NCBI GenBank assembly: GCA_963810275.1
Contig: CAWENF010000002.1
Location: 158,654-222,653, forward strand
Length of the DNA: 64,000 nucleotides
From: an uncultured archaeon
Lineage (GTDB): Archaea; Thermoproteota; Bathyarchaeia; Bathyarchaeales; Bathycorpusculaceae
Direction: 5' to 3'
The first letter of the stretch is position 1, and every line of letters starts with the position of its first letter. Made by a program: the position numbers and the translations under genes. This document shows, one piece after another, positions 30,509 through 39,897 of this stretch. A model generated the notes under the pieces. It searched no databases. It had not been told where the DNA came from and saw nothing but the letters and a program-made list of their open reading frames with translations.

Positions 30509-32050
30509 ATGAAATCGCTAAGCGCAGGAACTATTGCTAAAGTTTACTTAGCCGTAGTGCTTGTGCTTGCTATCTTGTTTTCTTCGTATTTTCAACTAGC
30601 CTTATCGCTGGTTTTATTGGGTTTGCTGTTTTATTCTTCATATAAGCCTTTGAAGGCCAACCTGAATTTTGCCATAACTGTCGGCATGCTGGTTTTTTTG
30701 CCGTTAGCTCTTGAATCATTAGCTGGAGCATATACAGGTTTATTGCTTATTCCTGGGTTGCTTTTGCTTGATGAGGAACTACACAAGCTAGCTGCAACTA
30801 AAGCTCCCTCTTTTCAAAGGGCGGGTAGACACGCCAGTGATGTTTTGAAAGCTTTAACCGTGGGGTTTGTTTTGGTTTTAGCGGTTGCAGTTTTGGTATG
30901 GAATTTTGCGTTGCTGACTTCTGCTGTTTTTCTTTTAGCTTACTTATCAGGGATTGCCGTGTACTCTCTGCGAAGTTTCCCAAGGGCTTTTTTGGTTGCT
31001 GAAAAGTCTTGGCGTAGAGTTGTAGTAGGAGATCCTGAAAGCGCTACGGTCACTCTCAAGGTTGAAGCTAAAAATGGTGGACAATTTTCTTTGAGTCCAG
31101 TTGATAAATGGGTTAAAGCCAAGCCATCCGACGGTTCACTCAAAGGAGAAGACAAGATAAATTTAGAGTTAAAGTTCACTGCGCCTTTAGCTGGCCCTTC
31201 AAAGATAGGTTTACAGGCATGCGTTGCTGATTCCAGGGGGCTAATTGAGACTGGACAAATCTTAGAGCCGCTGGATTTGCATATCATTCCTAAGGCAAAA
31301 TATGCGGCTTGGCTTGCCAACAAATTCTTAGAGCAGACCACCGCCGGAGGCGGCATGGCTATGCCAGTTCCGACCACTAACTCAAGATACGCCAAGCGCG
31401 GTGTTGAGTTCTATGGAAGCCGAGAGTACCAATTAGGAGACCAACTAAAAGATATCGACTGGATTCACTCCTACAGGCTAGGCGAATTAATCGTTAAAGA
31501 GTACTCGGGAGCACAGGGTCAAGTTGGGATTATTATTGCTAACCTATCAGCCAAAAGCGCGGAGGACGCAGATGAGTTAGCGTACAATTTGGTTATATCT
31601 GCACTTACCTATGCAACTGAAGGGGTTCCATCTGGAATAGCCGCTTATAACTCCAAAGAAGTGCTGAGTGTTGTTCAACCAGGAAACTCGAGAGAAACAC
31701 TAAAGAAAGCTTTGATGCTAACTGAAAAAATAGTCATCGAAGAGATTAATAGAAGAGTTCTTGAGGCACCTATAGGGAATAGACTTAAGCGTTCAGTAAA
31801 TCAGTTAAGCCAAACAAAAGCTGAATCAGCCCAGAAGCTTGAGGAGCTTTTAGTTTTTGAGTCTGCAGCCAATGAGGAAGTAGTCAAGACGCATCCCGCT
31901 GCTTTGGCGCTGGCGAAGGTGATTGAGAAAGTTAACGGTTCAGCAGTTCTGACAGTTGTCTCGTCAGCTGATGAAATTGGTGCTCTATCTTTGGTTTTAG
32001 AGCAACTAAAAAAGAAGGGTCACTCAACGATTTATGCAAGAAAAAGTTGA
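30509..32050 (+). CDS. DUF58-domain membrane protein
   Basis: N-terminal TMs, GVEFYGSREYQLGDQLKDIDW, LIVKEY. Confidence 0.88.
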   Translation: MKSLSAGTIAKVYLAVVLVLAILFSSYFQLALSLVLLGLLFYSSYKPLKANLNFAITVGMLVFLPLALESLAGAYTGLLLIPGLLLLDEELHKLAATKAPSFQRAGRHASDVLKALTVGFVLVLAVAVLVWNFALLTSAVFLLAYLSGIAVYSLRSFPRAFLVAEKSWRRVVVGDPESATVTLKVEAKNGGQFSLSPVDKWVKAKPSDGSLKGEDKINLELKFTAPLAGPSKIGLQACVADSRGLIETGQILEPLDLHIIPKAKYAAWLANKFLEQTTAGGGMAMPVPTTNSRYAKRGVEFYGSREYQLGDQLKDIDWIHSYRLGELIVKEYSGAQGQVGIIIANLSAKSAEDADELAYNLVISALTYATEGVPSGIAAYNSKEVLSVVQPGNSRETLKKALMLTEKIVIEEINRRVLEAPIGNRLKRSVNQLSQTKAESAQKLEELLVFESAANEEVVKTHPAALALAKVIEKVNGSAVLTVVSSADEIGALSLVLEQLKKKGHSTIYARKS

Positions 32051-32232
32051 GAACCTGCTTACTTTGCGTTTTTTTGCTTTTATAAAATTAATTTTAAATC
32101 AGTCTTAATTGAATTTAAAAAATCAAGGGTTTACAGTGAAAAACAATGATTGAATGAAAAACAGCCCATAATTGACCATTAGTAGGACAAAGGTAAATAA
32201 GAAAAAAGCGGGGAAGTTGTTTTTGTACTTCT

Positions 32233-34806
32233 TTAGGTCCGCTTCTTGAGAAGTAGCAATGTAGCGATGGCTACTGCAACGATTATTGCAACGCCCATGC
32301 CTATGACGTACAACTCAATTGGAGGCAACGAATTAGTTTGCGATTGCTCTGTTGGCGTAGGTAATGCTTCATCCACTGTGAATGCTGATTCTGCGTGAGA
32401 TGGATAATAAGCGTCTGAGCCTGCGAAGCGTGCATATACCTTATAGTCGCCTGGAATGTCAGGGATCCAAGAGAGGCTATAGAAGCCGTCCATACTGCTG
32501 GTGGTTGTGGTGCCGATGTCTCGGAAGTTGCCGTTTGAGTCAAGCACACTAATAGTGACTTCAACTCCTGTTGCTTCTGAGGGTCGTTCAAACTGCTTGT
32601 AGACGTACAACATCCAGTTAGATATTGACTCGTCTGAGACTGCTGGAACCCCATTGGGGAAGCGTTTTTGTGAGATAATGTCGTCTGTACCTGGTGAAAT
32701 GTCGGTGATCATGCCTTTTATTGTTACTGATGTGCCTAATGGAACACCAACGTTAGGTGTTGAAATTGTAGTGGCAGATGGTCCTTTGCCAATAGCGTAG
32801 ACCATTTGGTTGTATGTGTCCATTGTTGCAATGATGCTGTCTCCCATGACTGCACTTCCGCCCCAATCGGTCTGGCGGAACATGCCGTCAATTGACCAGA
32901 TTTCTTCTCCTGTGGTTGCGTTAATGCAGACGAAGGGTGCTCCTCGGGGTTGTGGTTGAATGACAGAGTGCTCGCTTTGACCTAAGTAGATCTTGCCGTC
33001 TGTAATAATGCGTGGTCTTAATGATGACCAGTAATTGGACCATAAGACTTCTCCATGTTGGTCTTTATATGTATAGTTCCAGAGTAATTGACCTGATTGA
33101 ATGTCATATGCATACATTATACCACTCATACCGTTTGAGTAAAGTTTGCCGTAATTAATTCTTGGATTCATTGAGTATATGTCTAGGTAATGCTGAGGTT
33201 CAGTTTTCCATAGGAAGTTTCCTGTGTCAATGTTGTAAGCAAAGAATTGTCTTAGTTCTTTACTCCACAGAGTGATGACTCTTTCTTCAGCGCTTACTGC
33301 TCCAACAGTTAGGGTTACGTTTCCGGATGGTGCGGCAATTGTTTTGTTGTACTTTAGTGCTCCTGTATTTGCGTCAATTGCCCATAATACAAATGGGGCG
33401 TCATTCAGTGTTTCCACATTGAACATTCCTGCTGTGGATAGTCTTTGATAGCCTACGATTATATCATCTGGAGATATGAGTGAGGCGCTTCCGAGTAATC
33501 CTAGGGGTATTGTAATGTTCTTTGTGTAGCCATTATATCCGTAGGGTGTGGCATAGGTTACAGGGCAGGGTCCAGTCGCATTGATGGTCTTTCCTTGTGG
33601 TTGCCATGAGCCAAAGTTAGGACTGTTTTCAGTTGTGCCCCAATAAGCATCAATGACAGCGGTAGAATTCCAGAGAGTCATGTAACCGCTTTGCTGATTG
33701 AGAGTGTATATTAGAATTTCACCTTTTGGACCGTACATACGGGTTCCGCTAGGCATGTCAGTGAAGGTGAATAGCCAGCGTCCAGTGTAGGGGTCAAATG
33801 CTTCCAATGTAGATGAGGCTCCGCCAAAGAATCCTCCAGAAACTCCAGCAAACAAGTAGGGATAAACGCCTTCAGTGTTAAAGCTATCCCAGAACATGAC
33901 TTGGCCATATTGGGGTACTACTCTTTCTCCAGCTGGGTTAAGTAATTCCTTTTCCCATAGCATTTCTCCAGTGTGTATGTCAACGGCGCAAACCCAATTA
34001 TCGACATTATTGCCTCCAACAGAATCGAACTTTTGGTATATGAGTACTCCTGCTATTACTAGACTGTTGCTGAATTTGCCTTCATATGCGTCTCCTGGGA
34101 AAATTCCTGCTGGATCTGTTAGGTTAACTCCTCCGCCTAAGCCGCCTATCTGAAGAGGCTTTTGCCATAAGACATGCGCGGTTTCGGGTGCATCATCTTG
34201 ACCGAAGACTTCAGTTCCACCGCGAGAAGCGGGAGATAACCAATGACCGGATACAGCCGACCATTCTCGGATTTGACTGTCGATTGGGCGAGTCCAGTAT
34301 TCTGTTGGTAGAGGAACGCCTGGCCAATATGTTGAGCCCTCAGTACCTACGACAAGCTCAAGGATGTCACTGTCACTTGCTTCATAGTAGACGTTATTGG
34401 TTTGCATTCCTGCGAAAAAGTCATACAGCGAGTAATTGTACCATTGTGCGGGGAAATGGGTCTGCAGTTTATACGTTCCTTCCATTGTGGGTACGTAGAC
34501 ATCGCCGGTGCCTCCCGTAGCGTCGGTATTGTAAGGACCTAGTTCCTCAGTAGTGCCATCTGGTTTTTCTACAGTTACAGTTAAGCCGTGCCATTTGTCT
34601 TGTGTAATTTGCAGTGCCTCTGAAATACCTACGTGTAATAAGACCTCTTCGCCTACAGTTGCAGGGTTAGGTACAGCACCTATGAAGGCATAGGTTTGTT
34701 TATGTCCAGTCCAAGCTTGCGCTGTTTGCATTGGAACAATCGATATTATCATGGACAAAATCAGTATAAGTGCGGTTGCAGTAGCAATTGTGTTTTTATT
34801 ATACAT
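32233..34806 (-). CDS. Secreted, C-terminally anchored PQQ-like beta-propeller protein, paralogue 3
   Basis: 857 aa; same architecture and motifs as 7181-9745; TM plus KKRT tail. Confidence 0.88.
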   Translation of the reverse strand: MYNKNTIATATALILILSMIISIVPMQTAQAWTGHKQTYAFIGAVPNPATVGEEVLLHVGISEALQITQDKWHGLTVTVEKPDGTTEELGPYNTDATGGTGDVYVPTMEGTYKLQTHFPAQWYNYSLYDFFAGMQTNNVYYEASDSDILELVVGTEGSTYWPGVPLPTEYWTRPIDSQIREWSAVSGHWLSPASRGGTEVFGQDDAPETAHVLWQKPLQIGGLGGGVNLTDPAGIFPGDAYEGKFSNSLVIAGVLIYQKFDSVGGNNVDNWVCAVDIHTGEMLWEKELLNPAGERVVPQYGQVMFWDSFNTEGVYPYLFAGVSGGFFGGASSTLEAFDPYTGRWLFTFTDMPSGTRMYGPKGEILIYTLNQQSGYMTLWNSTAVIDAYWGTTENSPNFGSWQPQGKTINATGPCPVTYATPYGYNGYTKNITIPLGLLGSASLISPDDIIVGYQRLSTAGMFNVETLNDAPFVLWAIDANTGALKYNKTIAAPSGNVTLTVGAVSAEERVITLWSKELRQFFAYNIDTGNFLWKTEPQHYLDIYSMNPRINYGKLYSNGMSGIMYAYDIQSGQLLWNYTYKDQHGEVLWSNYWSSLRPRIITDGKIYLGQSEHSVIQPQPRGAPFVCINATTGEEIWSIDGMFRQTDWGGSAVMGDSIIATMDTYNQMVYAIGKGPSATTISTPNVGVPLGTSVTIKGMITDISPGTDDIISQKRFPNGVPAVSDESISNWMLYVYKQFERPSEATGVEVTISVLDSNGNFRDIGTTTTSSMDGFYSLSWIPDIPGDYKVYARFAGSDAYYPSHAESAFTVDEALPTPTEQSQTNSLPPIELYVIGMGVAIIVAVAIATLLLLKKRT

Positions 34807-35123
34807 TTTTTATTCTCCTATAGTTTTTTTGGGCACAAGCAAGAAAGCCAATTCCAAGCATAATTGAAATTAGATTACTTACTTTAGCCCATAAATCATG
34901 TTATTAGACCGTTTTACTTATAACATTTTTCTAAATTCAATGGTGTAATTAATTCCAATATGAATCTAAAATTGTAGAAAAAAAGTCAAACAAATATTGG
35001 TCTGAGCTAATTGTACTATGCATTTTTGAAAGCTAGTCGTTCACTTGATCTTTAGAAATCCAGTATGGGCTCCCCTATATTCCTGCAACCTTGTTGATAT
35101 TTGGAGCGTTCTTGACTGAGTTT

Positions 35124-35504
35124 CTATATCCATTCGGTTTGAATTTCTTTAATTTGCTTAAAATGAGGATCATCAGTAATACACACTGCCTTTAGAAGGG
35201 ATGCGGTAGCTGCAATCATACTGTCCCCCATAGAAAGCTGATACTTGTGCCTAAATTCAGCTGAAATCTGGGCTATTTGTTCGTCAACGGAAATAACTTG
35301 AAAGTCCTTTTTTATAAGAGTCACCTTTAGTTTTGCGGTCTCTCGTCCTTCTCGTTTGAGTGCGAGGCGATATATTTCATGAATAACAACCGCCGAGGTA
35401 AATCTTGCTCTAACTTTTTGGTTTAATATTTTTTTGTATAAAGAATCATTTGTTGTATAGAAGAGATCTGCAAAAAATCTCGAGTCGTAAACTGCTTTAT
35501 TCAT
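35124..35504 (-). CDS. vapC: PIN-domain toxin VapC
   Basis: YDS, VIHE, LSMGDSMIAATA, TDDPHF acidic PIN motifs. Confidence 0.9.
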   Translation of the reverse strand: MNKAVYDSRFFADLFYTTNDSLYKKILNQKVRARFTSAVVIHEIYRLALKREGRETAKLKVTLIKKDFQVISVDEQIAQISAEFRHKYQLSMGDSMIAATASLLKAVCITDDPHFKQIKEIQTEWI

Positions 35505-35742
35505 CTTGGTGCCTTAGCTCATCTATTTCTTTTTTTACTTCTTCAGGAGTCCCAAATTGCGAGTATGCTCCAATCATATTCCATATTGATTTTTTAGGCT
35601 TCAACAATATGCCTCCGTCTGTTTCTATTACTTCAAGCCGTGTTCCTTCCTCTATTTTGAGTTTCTTGCGGATTTTGGCTGGGATAGTTGTCTGACCTTT
35701 CTTTTTTACGACAATTTCAGTTTCCATCTTTTGCTCCAGCAC
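35497..35742 (-). CDS. vapB: AbrB/MazE-family antitoxin
   Basis: KKGQTTIPAKIRKKLKIEEG; overlaps the vapC start. Confidence 0.9.
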   Translation of the reverse strand: MLEQKMETEIVVKKKGQTTIPAKIRKKLKIEEGTRLEVIETDGGILLKPKKSIWNMIGAYSQFGTPEEVKKEIDELRHQDE

Positions 35743-35970
35743 TACTCTAGCTGAGGGAAGAATATTTAACCGTTGTCATCAGGATGCTAACTTCATAGAT
35801 TATAAATTTCTTTGTTTAGAAATCGGGCGATAAAACCGCTGTTTTTTGCAGCGGTAAATTCGTGCTACTAAAACGGTTAGTCAATCTTGCCCGGTTTTAT
35901 TTTTCAGTGATGTTGACAGGGACAAATAATAAGTGGACAAATACTACTTTTTTACTAATGGTGAGGTGTG

Positions 35971-36040
35971 ATGGCCGACCTAAAAGTAATAAAGATAAGC
36001 AAAGAAACCTACGAGGAAATTAGCGCCTTGTCAAGTTCAG
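35971..36040 (+). pseudogene. Truncated ribbon-helix-helix antitoxin-like gene start
   Basis: GAGGTG RBS then MADLKVIKISKETYEEI, running directly into the convergent gene's 3' end. Confidence 0.35.
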
Positions 36041-36041
36041 A

Positions 36042-36323
36042 CTATTTTCTATATGAGTCTTTATTTTCTATATTAGGTAAAGTTAGGTCGAATTTTCTAA
36101 AGTATCTAAGCACATTAGTGCCGCGTTGGGTTAATACATAGACGACGTTTCCGGCTGAATTGTTCCATTCTTCAACTAGTCCTTGGTTAACTAAGAAAAA
36201 CAACCGGTCTTTGAGTTCCTTTGAAATAATATTTTTAACATTTTTTGGTTTGGAAGAATTTTGAGCAAGAAAATTAAGTATCTCTATGCAAGTTTCTAAG
36301 TAACTTTGTCTCAGCTTAATCAT
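36042..36323 (-). CDS. Winged helix-turn-helix protein (HTH_45-like)
   Basis: RQSYLETCIEIL, LFFLVNQGLVEE, YVLTQRGTNVL. Confidence 0.8.
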   Translation of the reverse strand: MIKLRQSYLETCIEILNFLAQNSSKPKNVKNIISKELKDRLFFLVNQGLVEEWNNSAGNVVYVLTQRGTNVLRYFRKFDLTLPNIENKDSYRK

Positions 36324-36642
36324 CCTATTCTCCTCTCTTTTTTCTTATTTATCTACCAAATATTATAAACTCTTCCATGCTTTTTTCAAGCAATTATGCT
36401 TTTTATTAACAATAATTCAATTAATACTCAAAATACATCACATTAAATATTGTAGGTGATATTTATTGATATTGTCAAAAATTAGAAATATATTGATGAA
36501 AAATTTATGAACTTATTTTCTGGAGAAATTTTTGCTCCCTAGATCGTATTGCAATTTTTTTGTCTTTAAAATTGTATGAATGCTTTTTTATGCAGCTCTG
36601 CATTAATGAGTATAGTAATATACGATTAAGAAGACAAGAGAG

Positions 36643-37431
36643 TTGACTCACCGAGATTATTTCTCACCCATTAGATCGGAACTAAAACTAAGCATTTTGT
36701 TAAAGCTCTTAGATGGAGAGAAAAAATTATCTGAGCTTAGGCTTGATGCGAAGACTCGAGATACTACGATTCTTCATGTTCTTGAAGAATTTGGTGATCT
36801 TAATTTAACTACAAAGTCTCAAGGAATTTACAAATTAACTCCTCTTGGAATAATCGAAGCTAAAAATTTCAAAGAATTTATTTTGACTACTGAAGTTATT
36901 GGAAAGTTTAAAGAATTTTGGATATCGCACAACATTGATGACATACCGGGACATCTTATTCAAAATCTGGGAGCGCTTAAACGTTCGGAGTTAGTTTGCA
37001 CAAAGGCGTCAGAATTAGGCATTGTGCATCAAAAATTCCTTGATTCCATCAGGAAGTCCAAAAAAATTAAGGGAATATCGCCCATATTTCATCCTGATTT
37101 TATTTCTTTGTTTGGTCAATTGCTTGAGAATAAGAGTACCGTTGAGTTGATTGTTAGTAGTGAGGTTCTCAACAAAATTACTGGTTTTGTTGATCTTGAA
37201 TTGGTTATGAAGTATATGAAAGAAGGTAGGCTTCGAGTTTTTCTTAATGATGATATAAAGATCGCTCTTGCTTTAACTGAAAATAGTTTTTCGCTTGGGC
37301 TTTTTTCTCTCTCTGGGACGTATGATGATAGTACTGATTTGCGTTCAACTGACGCTGAGGCGGTTAAGTGGGGTGAGCGTCTTTTTGAGAGTGCCCTTAG
37401 GGTTAGTCAAAGAATTAACTTAGATCAATAG
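36643..37431 (+). CDS. wHTH transcription regulator with C-terminal sensor domain (COG4742-like)
   Basis: SELKLSILLKL, YKLTPLG, FWISHNIDDIP, GISPIFHP, AVKWGERLF. Confidence 0.85.
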   Translation: MTHRDYFSPIRSELKLSILLKLLDGEKKLSELRLDAKTRDTTILHVLEEFGDLNLTTKSQGIYKLTPLGIIEAKNFKEFILTTEVIGKFKEFWISHNIDDIPGHLIQNLGALKRSELVCTKASELGIVHQKFLDSIRKSKKIKGISPIFHPDFISLFGQLLENKSTVELIVSSEVLNKITGFVDLELVMKYMKEGRLRVFLNDDIKIALALTENSFSLGLFSLSGTYDDSTDLRSTDAEAVKWGERLFESALRVSQRINLDQ

Positions 37432-37599
37432 TTAATGTTGTTTTTGATCTTAAGAATATTTAATGTGAAAAGTTTTTTATTAGGGCCGATGGTGTTTTGA
37501 GCATAATTTTTGAATGTATTAATTAGTAAATGTTAATTAGTAATTCATAATATTCATTACTTACTGGAAGTTCATACCCAACGGGTCGAGAGAGGAAAA

Positions 37600-38511
37600 G
37601 TGAAAGACCAAAACTTTCACGAAACACCAATAAACCTGAAAGCAGGTTTTGCATATCTTGGTTTACAGGAAACCTACAGAGCAGTATACAAAGCTCTAAA
37701 CTTCATTTTATCGTCATCTATTCTTTTGTCATTAAATGGAGTAATGGTAGTAGTTTTTGGGTCCTTTCTAGTAGGCGCCCCAATAGTTGCTCCACTGCTT
37801 TTAGCTGCATTTCTTGTCACCTTTTCAGTGTACGGGTTAAACAAATTTACCGACAAAGCCGAAGACTTAATCAATCGACCTGAAACCATTCCAAAAGCAT
37901 CAAACCACTATCTGGTTTTTTCAATAGTGGCGATGCTATGTGGTTTTTTGATAGGTTTATGGGAAGGAATGGTTCCTTTTTTGGTTCTTCTTACCCCCAT
38001 CATAATTGGCGTTATATACAGTGTGAAAATTTCTAAATCAATTCCTAGACTCAAAGAGATTGTTGGTGTCAAAAGTTTCGTCGTTGCATTAAGCTGGGCT
38101 TTAACAGGATCTCTTCTACCTGAACCCTTTTCTACGGTTAGTTTTCAGGTAATTGTAATTGTTTTTGTTTACATCTTCATTCGAGTTTTTGTGGGGGCAA
38201 CTTTGTGTGATTTTTTGGACACCAAAGGAGACTTGGCTTCGGGAGTAAAGACAATACCAATCGTGTTGGGGAAAAATAGAACCAAAAAGCTTTTGATTTT
38301 TTTAAACAGTCTTGGAATAGTTTTACCCATCTACAGTTTGGTAACTGGAACGCTTTTTAGCTTCTTTCCCGCCATGATTTTTGGAGTGTTGTTTGGGTAT
38401 TTTGCAATTTGGTTTTTCTTCAGGAATAAGTGCAAGAGGTTTACTGCTGGAATTATTTTAGATGGAGAATGGATCCCGATAGTGATTATGATTTGCTTAC
38501 TCATCCGATAA
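37600..38511 (+). CDS. UbiA-family prenyltransferase
   Basis: NKFTDKAEDLINRP and DFLDTKGD aspartate-rich motifs; multiple TMs. Confidence 0.85.
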   Translation: MKDQNFHETPINLKAGFAYLGLQETYRAVYKALNFILSSSILLSLNGVMVVVFGSFLVGAPIVAPLLLAAFLVTFSVYGLNKFTDKAEDLINRPETIPKASNHYLVFSIVAMLCGFLIGLWEGMVPFLVLLTPIIIGVIYSVKISKSIPRLKEIVGVKSFVVALSWALTGSLLPEPFSTVSFQVIVIVFVYIFIRVFVGATLCDFLDTKGDLASGVKTIPIVLGKNRTKKLLIFLNSLGIVLPIYSLVTGTLFSFFPAMIFGVLFGYFAIWFFFRNKCKRFTAGIILDGEWIPIVIMICLLIR

Positions 38512-38566
38512 TTAGGATTACAAATGAGGCATGTTTGCTTAAAAGTTAAAATTTTTTTATATCGAG

Positions 38567-38836
38567 TTATTCTGGGGTTTTGTTGTTTTCGGATTTACTC
38601 GCCAAATTAAAAACCTGAATTATTAAAGCCTCTCGAATACGATTCTCCTCTTCAGTTTTCTCCGATGAGTTTTTTATTCCCTTGGTATGGTAAGCGACAT
38701 GAGCCTCGATAGCTTTACTCATGGCCTTAACATCAGGCACAAGCAATATTTCTGCGCCACATTCGCAAACAATAATATCCTCTGGCAAATTAGAACGAAT
38801 TATCTTCTTTTTTTTCACATGGAGCCTCCATAGCAT
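38567..38836 (-). CDS. Small putative metal-binding protein (CxCG...HxxxH)
   Basis: CECGAEILLVPD...IEAHVAYH; GGAGG RBS suggests GTG start near 38818. Confidence 0.65.
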   Translation of the reverse strand: MLWRLHVKKKKIIRSNLPEDIIVCECGAEILLVPDVKAMSKAIEAHVAYHTKGIKNSSEKTEEENRIREALIIQVFNLASKSENNKTPE

Positions 38837-38960
38837 TCAGTGGGGTGCGAAAATTGTTTTTTCTGGATTGTTTTTTAAAAAATCACAATTACAGATTTAA
38901 TTTCCAGCCGTAATTTTACTTACCAAGAATCTAATTAACGTATCTGGTCTTTTTCATAAA
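38825..38960. repeat. Dispersed ~120-bp repeat, copy A
   Basis: Shares TTTTTTAAAAA-ATCAC-TTACAGA-TTTCCAGC-TTTTACT-AAGAATCTAATT-ATCT blocks with copies B and C. Confidence 0.85.
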
Positions 38961-39149
38961 CAATCAGGCATTGAATGAGCGATGGATTTTGAGGTTTTGT
39001 GTTTAGGGATTTGATATGTCAGGTTTTAAATTGCAGATTAAATGATTGAGTTTAAAGATTACAGCTAGAAGCGGGTACTTAGTTATTCATAATTCATAAC
39101 CCTTTTAACCATTTTTCACTTTATTAACGCTTACTCAGGAGCTAGCAGG

Positions 39150-39896
39150 TTGAGCATAATAAGACAGCTAACAGAGACTTCGAAAATTCGACTAGCCGTT
39201 GTAGCAGTTGTCTGCATATTGATATTTTACGCTGTGGGCATTGCAACTAATCTGTTTGCGTCGCCAGTGTTTTCCATGTTTTGGGTAATTAGCGCTGAAG
39301 CTGCTCATGGAGTAGTGGTCTATGTTGCTGCTGTTTTGGCTGTTGTCTTAGGCGTTGGCATGGCGAGTTTTCTGTGGCTTAAAAAGCGAGGTTCTGAAAA
39401 CTCGAATTCGCTCAACAATTTGGTGCTAGCAGTAGAAAAAGCAAAACAAGATTCTGCTAAGCAAGCTCCAACTACCTCTAATATGGCTGCAGAAGAAGAG
39501 AGTCAGGATGAAAACAAAAAGCTACCTAGCAACTTGCAGCCTATCAAAGAACCTGTTGCTAGCCGCCCTCCAACCTCAACAAGAGAGGCGATATTAGCGA
39601 GTGCGCGTGCTCAAGAGTTTAAAGCTGAGTCTACCCCAAAGAAGAAGGTTGGATTTAGATCTGCGAAAGCCGAGCAGCCAAATAGGGGCAAATTATATTG
39701 TTCATCATGCAAAAAAGAAGTCACGCAGCCTCTGGTAATAGTGAATTCTGATGAGGCTAACCCGAAAATATCTCGCTACTGCCCAGACTGCGAAAAATTA
39801 ATTGATGAGATAGGAGTAAACTTGCATCCAAAAGCTAAGAATACTGAAAAGATATCTTTTGAGGTAGCATCCTTCGAGGAAGTTTACAACAAATAA
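39150..39896 (+). CDS. 2-TM protein with disordered linker and C-terminal zinc ribbon, paralogue A
   Basis: CSSC...CPDC; N-terminus nearly identical to next gene. Confidence 0.75.
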   Translation: MSIIRQLTETSKIRLAVVAVVCILIFYAVGIATNLFASPVFSMFWVISAEAAHGVVVYVAAVLAVVLGVGMASFLWLKKRGSENSNSLNNLVLAVEKAKQDSAKQAPTTSNMAAEEESQDENKKLPSNLQPIKEPVASRPPTSTREAILASARAQEFKAESTPKKKVGFRSAKAEQPNRGKLYCSSCKKEVTQPLVIVNSDEANPKISRYCPDCEKLIDEIGVNLHPKAKNTEKISFEVASFEEVYNK

Positions 39897-39897
39897 C

